Notes under the pieces: model-generated
The model's database searches: none
The model's input: only the letters and a program-made list of their open reading frames with translations
Told to the model about the DNA's origin: nothing
Shown: positions 9,858 to 19,846 of the stretch, piece by piece
Layout of the letters: every line of letters starts with the position of its first letter
Position numbering within the stretch: the stretch's first letter is position 1
Translations under genes and position numbers: made by a program
From: a virus
Taxonomy: Duplodnaviria > Caudoviricetes
IMG/VR virus record: IMGVR_UViG_3300029288_000119
Location: 1-64,000 of that record
Reading direction: 5' to 3' (one strand)
Length of the DNA stretch: 64,000 bases

Positions 9858-10094
9858 TTATTTCTCTCCACAATTGTCTGCAATCATCATTGCGAAGTTT
9901 GCCACGTCTATTGCTTCATCTGTTATATTTTTCCCGCACATTATCGCTTCTTCGAGTTCGCCTACTTCTTGCTTTAGACGTACGACAAGCCATTCGAGCT
10001 TACATTCTTGCCAACCACCCTTAAAATCATTTGCCTTTAGTTTATTCTCCATCAATTCAACAAACTTTTGGAGTTCTGGACGAATAATAGTCAT
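9858..10094 (-). CDS. MazG-like all-alpha NTP pyrophosphohydrolase
   Basis: EVGEL...DEAIDVANF (ExxE...ExxD). Confidence 0.65.
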   Translation of the reverse strand: MTIIRPELQKFVELMENKLKANDFKGGWQECKLEWLVVRLKQEVGELEEAIMCGKNITDEAIDVANFAMMIADNCGEK

Positions 10095-10561
10095 GGCAGT
10101 AAAACCCAATCAAGAATCCCACTTATATATTCATTGTAATTGTGTTTTAAAATGATTTCGTCGTCTTTATAAATCCATTTGTAGTCATCGAAGAATTTAT
10201 CATTCTTCTTTATTTCTTCTGAATCAACTATAACGTGATAAGTAACATTTATCGTGTGAGATTGAGATTCGAAGGGTCCATCGTCAAAGATTGTTTCAAA
10301 CGCACCAATTTGATCAATGAGTTTGTAAGATCCGATACCCACTTCTTCATTCAGTTTTCTTTTTATACAGTCTTCAAGGGTTTCATTTTTATAGAGCCGA
10401 CCACCAGGAAACCAATATTCTCCTTGAGCTGGTTTTTCTGTTCTTTTTAAAAACAAAAACTTCTCTTTACATTCTACAACGATATCTACACAAGGAATCG
10501 GGAAACTTCCGAGCATGAGTTTATAGAGATTTTTATCTACTTTTTGAATTTGTTTCATCAT
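10091..10561 (-). CDS. NUDIX hydrolase (GDP-mannose hydrolase-like)
   Basis: PGGRLYKNETLEDCIKRKLNEEVG Nudix box. Confidence 0.88.
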   Translation of the reverse strand: MMKQIQKVDKNLYKLMLGSFPIPCVDIVVECKEKFLFLKRTEKPAQGEYWFPGGRLYKNETLEDCIKRKLNEEVGIGSYKLIDQIGAFETIFDDGPFESQSHTINVTYHVIVDSEEIKKNDKFFDDYKWIYKDDEIILKHNYNEYISGILDWVLLP

Positions 10562-10784
10562 TTAGCTCTTTTTCTTCGAGAATCATTGCCTGCGCAAGTT
10601 GATAAGTTTTTTGTGATGAATATTCGTCAACAAGATAAAGATTTCCTGTTCTAAAGGGTACGCCTAGAAGTTTCCATCCTTCATCAAGCATTTCTTGAAC
10701 TTTTTCTTCAAGTGCACATGGTTTCCATTCAGCATCATCTCTTTTAAATGTTATGTCAGTTCCGAAAATGATTTTATATTTCAT
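10533..10784 (-). CDS. DUF1737-like small protein
   Basis: LEEKVQEMLDEGWKLLG...QAMI. Confidence 0.5.
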   Translation of the reverse strand: MKYKIIFGTDITFKRDDAEWKPCALEEKVQEMLDEGWKLLGVPFRTGNLYLVDEYSSQKTYQLAQAMILEEKELNDETNSKSR

Positions 10785-11722
10785 GTTAATTCAATTTTCC
10801 AATTATAAAAAGGATATAATCCTCTATCTGGGCGATAGCGTGCACGAAGGTCAGGATTTTCAATTATGTCATCTACTGTGTATGTCGGTTCTTCACCACC
10901 TGGGTTTCTTATTGATGAAAAACCAAATTTTCCCTTTTCAAGTGATCTTATTTTTTCAATAAGTTTTTCTGTAATTTTCATTTGTCCAACTTTTTCTATG
11001 AATGATGAAGCACTTTTTCTAAACTCGAAACCAAATGAGTTCCATTCGATTGTTTTCTCATAGTCTGTAATATGATAGAATAACATTTGATTTCTTATTC
11101 TGTCAATTCTAACAGTCTTTGCCATATAATCTTCATCTATGAAATCGGCATCCAAGAAACCAACGAAGACATATTTTTCTTTGCTTTTACCTCGATAAAT
11201 ACCACCGATTTCAAGATCTTTTTGTGATATCTTCTTTTTCTTTCCATCTTCAGTTGATTCAATGAGAAGTTTATGAAGATCGCTACCAACACGAACAAGT
11301 TTCATTTCAGAACCAACAGTTGCCCAAATGAATTTTCCTGTTGGAACACCCTTTACTATTTCACAATTGATGATTGTATCGAGTAGAACATCTTCCCTCA
11401 AATCAAAGAAGAAATTTTCATTTGTTACGATCTTATATGCTCTTCCGCCCTCATTCCGTTTTTCAAGTGAAAGAATTTTTATCGGCATCGGATCATTATT
11501 TCTCGTAAGGGTTTCTACTTTTTTGTTAGAATAATCTTGAGCCCATCTTTTTCCAGTCTCACAAGTCTTTTCGTTATCCGCGTTAGAACAAAAGGCCGGA
11601 ATCACTTCTTGACCTTTCCAGCCAGCCTTTAGAAGAGGATTATCCCAATAGCATTCTGTCACAAGCTTCTTTGATGAAGAATAAAAATAAGTAACTCTTT
11701 CTGGAATATTACCGGTTATCAT
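10781..11722 (-). CDS. Hypothetical protein
   Basis: Long ORF; AGGAG SD before ATG at 11722. Confidence 0.7.
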   Translation of the reverse strand: MITGNIPERVTYFYSSSKKLVTECYWDNPLLKAGWKGQEVIPAFCSNADNEKTCETGKRWAQDYSNKKVETLTRNNDPMPIKILSLEKRNEGGRAYKIVTNENFFFDLREDVLLDTIINCEIVKGVPTGKFIWATVGSEMKLVRVGSDLHKLLIESTEDGKKKKISQKDLEIGGIYRGKSKEKYVFVGFLDADFIDEDYMAKTVRIDRIRNQMLFYHITDYEKTIEWNSFGFEFRKSASSFIEKVGQMKITEKLIEKIRSLEKGKFGFSSIRNPGGEEPTYTVDDIIENPDLRARYRPDRGLYPFYNWKIELT

Positions 11723-11873
11723 TTCTTCTCCTACGATGCCTCCTTGCGGGCGTGCGGAATCGCATATCGTCATGACGATCCATTGGTTTTATAACAAATT
11801 TTATTATTCGATAAATAACAAAAATAATAATAAGATAATACACAATTGTGGCAATTATCACCACTACCCACAC
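11709..11873 (-). CDS. Small membrane protein (54 aa, not in ORF track)
   Basis: GTG start, MWVVVIIATIVYYLIIIFVIY, then Arg-rich tail; fills the gap. Confidence 0.55.
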   Translation of the reverse strand: MWVVVIIATIVYYLIIIFVIYRIIKFVIKPMDRHDDMRFRTPARRHRRRRNDNR

Positions 11874-11882
11874 TACCTTCCT

Positions 11883-12329
11883 CTAGTCATCGGCTTTCTC
11901 GACATCTTTCGCCAAACGCAAAGCCCATGCGTCGATGTCCTCATCTTTGCGATTTGCACATGCTGCAACTGCACGTTCAGCCAGAGCCGTAAGTTCTGGG
12001 GACGGTACACTTATATGAGTTGATATCTTGTATTCATTGGTCCGTACGTGTTCGAGAAAATCTTCTGGCGGCTTCACCCCGTGCTCCTCGAGATAGTGCG
12101 CGAACCCTTCCGGCCAGACCCAAACCCCATCGGTGAGGTCAGAATCACCGTTGTTGCAACGGCAGAATCGGCACCACGAGTAGCCCATCCACGCCGTCTT
12201 GAACTGTCCCGACTTCAGGTACTCGATGACCTTCCGCCGCTCCTCCGGATCCCACTCCGCGTCAACCAACGTGTGTGGATCCGGACGGTCGTCGCTGCTG
12301 TAAGTTTTCCAAAATCCAACACTCTTCAT
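11883..12329 (-). CDS. Hypothetical protein in a GC-rich patch
   Basis: GGAGG SD; CRFC...WVWPEGFAHYLEEHGVKPP. Confidence 0.7.
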   Translation of the reverse strand: MKSVGFWKTYSSDDRPDPHTLVDAEWDPEERRKVIEYLKSGQFKTAWMGYSWCRFCRCNNGDSDLTDGVWVWPEGFAHYLEEHGVKPPEDFLEHVRTNEYKISTHISVPSPELTALAERAVAACANRKDEDIDAWALRLAKDVEKADD

Positions 12330-12336
12330 TTTCGAA

Positions 12337-12615
12337 TTACCCTCCAGGAAATAAGCGATCAACCTCAGAGGGCCATAATACGACGCACATTTCTCTCGGC
12401 GTCGCGGGATCTTTGGCTCTTGTTTCGAGTTCGGCATACATAGTGCAACATAGAATACGTGCATCATTTCGTTCTTTAGTTAATCGTTCTATCTCTGCTC
12501 TCAATGCTTCATAAGAGTCGCACAGGCGCTTGCCGCGTGGGGTCAGTTCCAGCCGCCACATGGCAACGATCTCTTTTGTCAGCACATCTGCGTCAAATGG
12601 AGCACCGTTACTCAT
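12337..12615 (-). CDS. Hypothetical protein
   Basis: GAGG SD before MSNGAPF. Confidence 0.55.
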   Translation of the reverse strand: MSNGAPFDADVLTKEIVAMWRLELTPRGKRLCDSYEALRAEIERLTKERNDARILCCTMYAELETRAKDPATPREMCVVLWPSEVDRLFPGG

Positions 12616-12619
12616 GTTT

Positions 12620-13678
12620 TTATTCCTCTTCTTTAAGAAGATATTGATTGTTAATTGCTTTAAATGATATTGTTTGACCCTTCCACAATAAATTCGACTT
12701 GAAGACGAGCCCTTCTTTTTTCTTATTCTTGTTGAGAGAACTGTTTCCTTCGGCATATTTGAGAAGCGAGTCAACGTCTTTAAACTTATCAAATACATAG
12801 AGTTCTTGTTCAATAATTGGAACATGTTCAATGAGTGGATTCATTTCATTAATTTTTCCAAGAAATTCATAGCGTTCTTTTGGAACGAGATGTCTCTGAT
12901 TATTTATGTCCCAGATATTGAAGATAAAGAAGTGTTTTCCCTTCAATTGAAGTTTATTCTTTTGAATTCCCTCACCAGCTAGTTCGCCTTGAAGAGCAAT
13001 ATTAAGATTCAGAGTTTTTAGAATCTCATTAATCTTCAATTCTTTTGCTGTACTCCAATACGCGTCTTCATCTACTTCTTCAAGCCACAAGTTTCGAGAA
13101 CATACACCAAATTCTCCGTCATTGAAGAAGAATGTGCCACTCATACCATCAATTTTTTCGCTTACTTCATATGGAATTGAAACTCCATGAAAATATTCTG
13201 GATTGAAATATTTCGAAAGATTCTGAATTCTCTCTTCATCAGTCTTGCAAAGAAATGAAGGCCAGTTTCCTTTCGCTTTTCCAGTAAGATAACCAGAAAG
13301 AGGGGGGTCCCATTTCTTCACTTTGAGAAGATCTGAATAATCGAGTTCTGTTGATATTGTTATACTCGAAAATTCATCGAATTTCGAAATTGGTATGAGA
13401 AGTCCTTGAGAAAGAGTTCCACGAAGTTTCATCGTCTTGATTCTGAAACCTTCACCACCATCATACTTTCGATAGCAACTTTTTCGAAGGAACTCGAAAC
13501 GAGGATTTATTGGGAGAAACGAATCAATCTCGAAGTATATACCGAGATCACCCGGCTTGAACTCACCCTTTGACACAACGCATTGCCAACCACCGACTCT
13601 CGCTAGTTCAATTTTGTCGGCTCCCTCGATTGGAAGAATTTCTGATACTGCTTTAACTGTTACGAGTTTTCGTTCCAC
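12620..13678 (-). CDS. RNA ligase, DRB0094/Rnl2-type
   Basis: N-terminal PIEGADKIE OB-like module, KTDEERIQN, EKIDG, QGE, EGLVFK, FKAIN. Confidence 0.92.
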   Translation of the reverse strand: MERKLVTVKAVSEILPIEGADKIELARVGGWQCVVSKGEFKPGDLGIYFEIDSFLPINPRFEFLRKSCYRKYDGGEGFRIKTMKLRGTLSQGLLIPISKFDEFSSITISTELDYSDLLKVKKWDPPLSGYLTGKAKGNWPSFLCKTDEERIQNLSKYFNPEYFHGVSIPYEVSEKIDGMSGTFFFNDGEFGVCSRNLWLEEVDEDAYWSTAKELKINEILKTLNLNIALQGELAGEGIQKNKLQLKGKHFFIFNIWDINNQRHLVPKERYEFLGKINEMNPLIEHVPIIEQELYVFDKFKDVDSLLKYAEGNSSLNKNKKKEGLVFKSNLLWKGQTISFKAINNQYLLKEEE

Positions 13679-13928
13679 TTTTTGTTTCTCCTCTTATCTT
13701 TTTTAAGAGATTTCTGCGCTCTTTTTCAACTTTTTGTAAATCTATTCCAGCATAATCAGCAAGTAATTTTTCAAATGAAATGTTTAATGGGTGGATTTTT
13801 GTTATAAATTGCGATTCATTATATCTAGCTAAAAAAATTCCTTGATCTCCAAGCCATTCGAGAAATTCACCGATGGATTGAAGATGGAGTTCAGCCCTCA
13901 CTTTTACTAGTTTATCAAGCTCATTCAT
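13653..13928 (-). CDS. Hypothetical protein
   Basis: QSIGEFLEWL block. Confidence 0.6.
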   Translation of the reverse strand: MNELDKLVKVRAELHLQSIGEFLEWLGDQGIFLARYNESQFITKIHPLNISFEKLLADYAGIDLQKVEKERRNLLKKIRGETKSGTKTRNS

Positions 13929-13931
13929 AAT

Positions 13932-14660
13932 TTAAGCCTTTCTAGCAAAATATGGTCTACTTAGTTCCATCATTGCTTCAAGTATTTGTTTCTCTTTATT
14001 AATGATGTACTGATTTGTTGGCTCTTGTAGTTGCTGTTTCTCTTCTTTTACCGTTATTGTTTGTTCGTTGAATTGTAAACTACTTGTTCCATTTCCAATA
14101 ATTTCTGGCCTTTTTTGATTTTGATAATCTGCACGAGAAAACAATATTGCTTCGTGAATTTCTGCCTCAATGCTCCCAACAAAAAACTCAAGATTTTCAA
14201 AAGTGTTGAGAAGTAGTAATTCTGCGTTTACAATTGTGTTATAATCTATAGTGAGCGGTTGGTGCTGAGAATCTATTGCGGAAACGGAAAAATGATGATG
14301 AAAGATCTTCCTACAGTCACATTTTTGGCCAAGTGGCATCAAAAAGCAATCATTCGGAAAACGAAATGTCACTTGTTGTGTTTCTTGTTTTTCATCACAA
14401 AAAATACAACTATAATTCATCTTACTGAAAAGTTTTAAATATTTATTGAGCACTGGAAGTGAAATGCCAATTGTACTATTTATTTGCTGATAACATACTT
14501 CATGTGAAAAGAGTCTAATATCCATTCCGCGTTCGAGAGGAATAGAATATTGTATACCAGAATCATCAATTCCGGCACCACAAAAGAAACATAGATTTTT
14601 ATGACCATATGTAACAGTAGTCATTTTATCTGTTCCACGGATTTTGAGAAAAGTCAGCAA
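13932..14660 (-). CDS. Cys/His zinc-finger hypothetical protein
   Basis: CFFC...HEVC; similar to the C-terminal part of 14626..15243. Confidence 0.6.
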   Translation of the reverse strand: MLTFLKIRGTDKMTTVTYGHKNLCFFCGAGIDDSGIQYSIPLERGMDIRLFSHEVCYQQINSTIGISLPVLNKYLKLFSKMNYSCIFCDEKQETQQVTFRFPNDCFLMPLGQKCDCRKIFHHHFSVSAIDSQHQPLTIDYNTIVNAELLLLNTFENLEFFVGSIEAEIHEAILFSRADYQNQKRPEIIGNGTSSLQFNEQTITVKEEKQQLQEPTNQYIINKEKQILEAMMELSRPYFARKA

Positions 14661-15243
14661 AACAATCTATTTTTGTTTCTCTCTTCTTCACACTATTTTT
14701 TGGTTTAGAAAACAAGTTCTTTAGCTTTTCAAGTGAGTCAATAAATGAAATCTGTAATAATTGCGACACATGATCTACAGTACGAAAACAAGTAAAATGC
14801 ATAAAATCACGATCTTTTGATGAAGTTATCGTTCGGTTGCTTATTGCAACTTCCACGACATCTTCACGGATTCCATTGGAACCACAGAGGGCACACTTCT
14901 CTTGATTATTTCTCCACTGAATAAATTTTTTGTCTTCTTCAATTTTTCTGTGTTCTTTATAAGGATCAATTTTTTCATGAGATTCATATAACTTTTTTGC
15001 TCCATCGAAAAGATACCAAAAATCGTTTTCATTATAAACCCAAGATCGAGTTGTTGAATCACACAAATGTTCTCTCCAGAAAGCATTTACGTATTTATCT
15101 CCACATGTTGTACAATATCTTACAGAAGCTGTTGAATCTGGTTGTTCACACTTATTTGTCACTATAATGTCCGTAGTTGTTCCGCAAATATAACATTCTT
15201 TTAAATTTGTCTCGCAAACATAACCATGACACTTCTTTAACAT
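14626..15243 (-). CDS. Cys/His zinc-finger hypothetical protein
   Basis: CYIC, CTTC, CALC...HFTC. Confidence 0.6.
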   Translation of the reverse strand: MLKKCHGYVCETNLKECYICGTTTDIIVTNKCEQPDSTASVRYCTTCGDKYVNAFWREHLCDSTTRSWVYNENDFWYLFDGAKKLYESHEKIDPYKEHRKIEEDKKFIQWRNNQEKCALCGSNGIREDVVEVAISNRTITSSKDRDFMHFTCFRTVDHVSQLLQISFIDSLEKLKNLFSKPKNSVKKRETKIDCFADFSQNPWNR

Positions 15244-15245
15244 TT

Positions 15246-15542
15246 TTATCCTTCTCTAATCAATTCTGCAACTCTATTCGCAACGATGCTCCCATGACAT
15301 TTATAAGGATTCTTACAACCACAACTGATTGTTATTTCTTTCTTTTTCTTGAGCAATTTTACGATCTTTTGTGATTGTTTGTCAACTGTCTTCACATATT
15401 GAGAATATCTCTTTAGCATCCTTGAACGTGGATTTCCAACATCAATAATACTTTCAAGCTTTAAAAATTCCTTTGGAATCTTGATATTCTTTTTCTCGAA
15501 GTTGTTGACAACAATTGTATAACCACTTACTTTAATAACCAT
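15246..15542 (-). CDS. DUF4326-like protein
   Basis: GNP...ISCGCKNPYKCHGSIVA. Confidence 0.7.
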   Translation of the reverse strand: MVIKVSGYTIVVNNFEKKNIKIPKEFLKLESIIDVGNPRSRMLKRYSQYVKTVDKQSQKIVKLLKKKKEITISCGCKNPYKCHGSIVANRVAELIREG

Positions 15543-15630
15543 TTGAACATCATTCTATCAATAAATGGCTTCAGTTGAAATCAAGAATTTTTATTTAGGA
15601 GAGCAAGAATCATCACTACAATAAATAAAT

Positions 15631-15978
15631 TTATTTTCTAATTTTTTGAGAAACACTTATTGCCTCCTTGGTATCAGCAATAATTTTCATCGCTTTTGCT
15701 TTTGCTTCTTTTCGTTTTCCACGACAGTCTTTGCATCCTGTACATAGGTCAAACAATTCTTCTCTATATCCTGGGCCTTTCCAATATAATCCGGTGCCAC
15801 CACAACCAACAGGCTCTCTGATTCGGTTTTCCCACTCTTCAATTTCTTTCCATTCCTTTTTTGTTGGTTCATCAGAGAACGAAAATTTATCAAAACGTGA
15901 AGTTTGGTCTTCAACGTACTCTTCAATGCACTCCTCAACAATTATTCCATCTCTAAGTACCAATTCAAATCTTTTCAC
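15631..15978 (-). CDS. Hypothetical protein with CxGTG...CxGCxxC module
   Basis: Same module is inserted in PNKP. Confidence 0.6.
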   Translation of the reverse strand: MKRFELVLRDGIIVEECIEEYVEDQTSRFDKFSFSDEPTKKEWKEIEEWENRIREPVGCGGTGLYWKGPGYREELFDLCTGCKDCRGKRKEAKAKAMKIIADTKEAISVSQKIRK

Positions 15979-15998
15979 GTTAAATCTCTACGCTTATT

Positions 15999-16199
15999 TT
16001 ACTCTTCAGTTCTTGTTTCTTGTAGTTCGCTGCATGCGGTCATAAGTGCTTTTCTCCAGATGCGTTCACGTTCATCAGCAAGATATAGTTCCTGTGCTAA
16101 GCGTTCAATAGCACTTGCCATTTGTTTCTGGTCTGTTTTTTCGAGAACAAGAGCAATAGCCTTCGCGTTTTCTATTGCTCGCAATACAGATTCTCGCAT
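15999..16199 (-). CDS. Hypothetical protein
   Basis: Strong GAGGAG SD. Confidence 0.55.
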   Translation of the reverse strand: MRESVLRAIENAKAIALVLEKTDQKQMASAIERLAQELYLADERERIWRKALMTACSELQETRTEE

Positions 16200-16447
16200 T
16201 TTTTCTCCTCCTCAACAATTACCCCATCTCGAAACCATTGAACCCAAAATCGTTTTCCACACTTATCGCATTGTTCTTCTCGTGGCTGTTTATTCACAAC
16301 ATCGAAGAAGTAATCATCAGCATATCCCCATAACTTAATCGAATGTTTGATATTGTATTTTGCAAGATCTTCATCTTTATGAAGACAAGAACAATCGAAT
16401 CTAAAAAGTATATCTCGGCCTCCTACTAGTTCAAATCTTTGTTTCAT
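16172..16447 (-). CDS. Hypothetical zinc-ribbon protein
   Basis: CSC...CDKCG. Confidence 0.55.
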   Translation of the reverse strand: MKQRFELVGGRDILFRFDCSCLHKDEDLAKYNIKHSIKLWGYADDYFFDVVNKQPREEQCDKCGKRFWVQWFRDGVIVEEEKKCENLYCEQ

Positions 16448-16706
16448 TTCTCACCATTTTCACAATTTCATCATAATCATAATGGAAAAAATAGTATTCA
16501 CCTACAGTAGAAGTATGAAGGTATATTTCTATTATTGTATCTCTTTTTATTATTTCATCAAATATCTCTTTGTAGGAATTGTTGGCAAGCTCTTCATCAA
16601 GAAGTTTTAGATTTGAAACATACTCTTCGATGTTCTGATTTAATTCTCTGTGGTAGTTAATATTGATGGTTATAAACGGAAACTTTGAAATAACATCTCT
16701 CATCAA
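16431..16706 (-). CDS. Hypothetical protein
   Basis: Coupled to PNKP stop. Confidence 0.55.
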   Translation of the reverse strand: MMRDVISKFPFITININYHRELNQNIEEYVSNLKLLDEELANNSYKEIFDEIIKRDTIIEIYLHTSTVGEYYFFHYDYDEIVKMVRNETKI

Positions 16707-17797
16707 AAATCTCCGTCATCTACTTGGATACAAGTTAGACCAAGATCGTGCCTGACCATCTGAACTACAACAGAACGGTCATCGATCCATATTTCCACAA
16801 AATATTTCCCTCTTATGTGTTCATCAAAGAGTTCTTTCTTAACTATCGAATCTTTTCTATTATCATCATCTTTGCGCACAAAAAGATCAAACGATATTTC
16901 ATTTCTAAGCATATTTATAAAAGGTTGAGTCATTACATATTTTGATATCCAAGTGAGAGTATCTTTCTTTGCTGCTTCTTTTCTACCTGAGAAGAATATA
17001 ATATGAGGTATACTATTTTGAAAATCATTGTTTGCACTCAATTCAAATTTAACATCTTTCCCCAAACAGTAGTTGTGGATTATTTGAATTATTTCTTCTT
17101 TCGGAATATCTAGGAGAACTTTTGTTGCATCATAAATGTCTCTATCGCCTTTTTCGGCAATCGTTCCATCGATATCACAAATGATGCAATGGGGAAGTGA
17201 GGGATCTTGATCGAGTTTCTTTACATTCTTTAGAGGAGCGATATACTTGTTGTAAAATCCTCTAATCACTTTTTGACCAACATGTCCGACAGTTCTCTTG
17301 TTATCTCGATCAATTGCTTCAGAAAGAGAAATATCAAAGGACTTCACCTCAAGTTCATATTCATTTTTGCACTTGAGACACCCAGAACACTTGCCCCAAT
17401 TTGTATCTATCCCATCTGGAGTTCTTACGATACCAGTTCCATCACATTCATTCGGTTTGTCTGGATCAATATTCATTGACTTATCAAACCCGAGTCCAAT
17501 ATCAAAATTCCACTTCTCAACGATTTCTCTTATTCTCTTTTCGTGCTTGGGATCCAAGTTCGTGTCATCAATTATAATGTTGTAACCATCTTGCATAAAC
17601 TGATTAATGAGAAGATCTCTAATCCTTAGAACACATTGTTCATTCTTCTTCGACCACTTGTTGTTATCGAGCATGAGACGGAGATCATCTTTGTTAATTC
17701 GCTTCCACTTTTCCGGTTCTTTATCGATAAGTTCGCGAGCCCAGTTTGTTTTACCAGAAGCGGGCAGTCCTTTGCACAATATTAATTTTTTTGTCAT
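16703..17797 (-). CDS. pseT: Polynucleotide 5'-kinase/3'-phosphatase with a Cys-rich insertion
   Basis: GLPASGKT P-loop, DDTNL, HAD motif DIDGT, SGR, IDDR. Confidence 0.93.
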   Translation of the reverse strand: MTKKLILCKGLPASGKTNWARELIDKEPEKWKRINKDDLRLMLDNNKWSKKNEQCVLRIRDLLINQFMQDGYNIIIDDTNLDPKHEKRIREIVEKWNFDIGLGFDKSMNIDPDKPNECDGTGIVRTPDGIDTNWGKCSGCLKCKNEYELEVKSFDISLSEAIDRDNKRTVGHVGQKVIRGFYNKYIAPLKNVKKLDQDPSLPHCIICDIDGTIAEKGDRDIYDATKVLLDIPKEEIIQIIHNYCLGKDVKFELSANNDFQNSIPHIIFFSGRKEAAKKDTLTWISKYVMTQPFINMLRNEISFDLFVRKDDDNRKDSIVKKELFDEHIRGKYFVEIWIDDRSVVVQMVRHDLGLTCIQVDDGDF

Positions 17798-17955
17798 TCA
17801 TCCTCCGACATTCTACGAGCTGCACGGATGGCGATGTTGATCTCGTCAATGGCCGTTTTCAGTGCCGCAACGTAGTCATCAACGGGACACCTTACGGCTT
17901 CCATCTGGCGAAGGAAGTCCTGTACGATCTTATCGAACTTTTCGTCGTTGCTCAT
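17794..17955 (-). CDS. Small GC-rich early protein (53 aa, not in ORF track)
   Basis: MSNDEKFDKIVQDFLRQMEA...; ATGA-coupled to pseT; directly after a consensus promoter. Confidence 0.7.
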   Translation of the reverse strand: MSNDEKFDKIVQDFLRQMEAVRCPVDDYVAALKTAIDEINIAIRAARRMSEDE

Positions 17956-17964
17956 CGGATTACC

Positions 17965-17993
17965 ATTATACAATACGGAACAATTTCTGTCAA
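17965..17993 (-). promoter_or_regulatory. Perfect sigma70 consensus promoter
   Basis: TTGACA-N17-TATAAT, 9 nt before ATG at 17955. Confidence 0.85.
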
Positions 17994-18114
17994 TAATGTG
18001 TCTTTGGATTTTAAATTAAACTTTGCGATTTCATATTATCAAACCTTTCTATTTATGCTATATACCATATCTAAGAATCAACTTCAATAATAATTAAAAC
18101 ATGGAGGTAATAAC

Positions 18115-19329
18115 ATGTTCAGATTATCGGTAGAAACCATAGAAACAATCAAAAAGGAATTCGAATCCGGAATTAGCTGTAGTAAACTTGCCTGGAAATA
18201 CGACGTTGACAGGCATACGATTTACAGATATCTCGGAAGAAAGAAATATCCATCAGCAATAAAAAGAGATCAGAAAAGAAAATCAATTTATTTGTTAACA
18301 GAAACAGAAACTAATGGAATTGTTTCAGACTATGTCAATGGTATGAGTGGTGTCCAAATTCAAGATAAATACAATATTGGCCAGTGGACTATTTATCGAA
18401 TGTTAAAGAGAAATGGGGTCAAATTGCGACCAGCATCTGGTCATAGAATTTATCAACTTGATGAATCATATTTTGAGATTATTAATACTGAGGAAAAAGC
18501 GTATGATTTTGGTTGGATATGCGCTGATGGCGGCGTGGATAAATATCCAACTTATTGTTTACAAATTGGAATAGCTCAAAAAGATAAACATATGCTTGTT
18601 GAATTTCTAAACAGAATCAAATCAAATTATAAAATACGTGATTTTTTCGGTAAAGACAAATCTGGAAACAAAAATGTTCCAAAATCTTCCATTTGTATAT
18701 ATTCTAAAAAAATGGTGTTAGATTTGGAAGCGAAAGGTTGTTGCAACGTTTATAACGAATCAATTAAAACTTATAATCTAAAATGGCCAACATCAGATAT
18801 TGTCCCTCCGCATTTAATGATTCATTTTTTCAGGGGGTATTCCGATGGTGATGGGTCATTTTATTTAAATAAAAACGATAGAATAGGATTTGATTTTTTA
18901 TCCTGTTATGATTTTTGTGAGGGAGCGCTCAATTGGTTAAACAAAGAATTTAAAATACACAAAACCAAAATATGTTTTAGTAAAAACATTAACAATGTTA
19001 AATATGGCGGTAGAAGACAAGTATCACAAATTTGGCACATATTATATGATAACGCGACAATTTGGCTCCCAAGGAAAAAGGATTCAATTAAAGATCATTT
19101 ATCGTCATTAGAAGATATTGCCAAGGGGAAGCACAACCATAGATTTACGAAAGAACAGAAACAAAATATTATAAGTGAATATCTCAATTTGATTAAGACA
19201 ATTAAACCAGAAACAATAATTAAGCCACATACAATATCGGGCGCGGCTTGTGTTATTTTAATGGGGAAATATAATATATCAAGCGGGAGAATCAGAGAGT
19301 TGGTGAGAAACCCTAAGCTTTGCGATTAA
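18115..19329 (+). mobile_element. Free-standing double-motif LAGLIDADG homing endonuclease with HTH modules
   Basis: EKAYDFGWICADG and HFFRGYSDGDG; opposite strand to neighbours. Confidence 0.88.
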
Positions 19330-19846
19330 TCGACTCCTCAACGGTAAATCCATTTGGATAACGTTCGTGAAGTTTTTTTAGATTTCGTTTCATAACTTCT
19401 TCTAATGACACACCCAATGCATGGGCCAACAATGCGCTATACCACTCGCTATCTCCAAGTTCCAAAATTAATTTGTCGATTTTTTCCTGTGTAAGTGGGT
19501 GACCTTGATATCCTATTTTTGTTGTTATACTAGCAATTTCTCCAGCCTCACTACACATAGACATCGTTGAATAGAGCAACTTAGTTAATTGATCATTTTT
19601 GTAAAGCCACGGACCTGACACTGCATTGGCTAATTCACGATATCGTTCAATTTCAAGGGGTTTTGTGTCATCCCACTCCAAGGATAATAAATCCCTTGCA
19701 TCAAAGTCAATAAGCATACCATCAATTTCCAACGAATACATAGCGACAATTCCCGACATGTATCTTTGTCGGAGTGTGCCACGTTTTCCAGCAAAATCTT
19801 TTAAATTAGGATTAACCACAATATACTTGTTTTCATTATATGTCAT
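19313..19846 (-). CDS. MazG-family NTP pyrophosphohydrolase with N-terminal extension
   Basis: SEAGEI, ELGDSEWY, NLKKLHERYPNGF. Confidence 0.85.
   Translation of the reverse strand: MTYNENKYIVVNPNLKDFAGKRGTLRQRYMSGIVAMYSLEIDGMLIDFDARDLLSLEWDDTKPLEIERYRELANAVSGPWLYKNDQLTKLLYSTMSMCSEAGEIASITTKIGYQGHPLTQEKIDKLILELGDSEWYSALLAHALGVSLEEVMKRNLKKLHERYPNGFTVEESINRKA

Noticed and set aside
15543-15656. Readthrough extension of the DUF4326 gene from GTG 15656
   Set aside because: Three in-frame stops of different types intervene; the region is better explained by an extended -10 promoter (TGATAGAAT).
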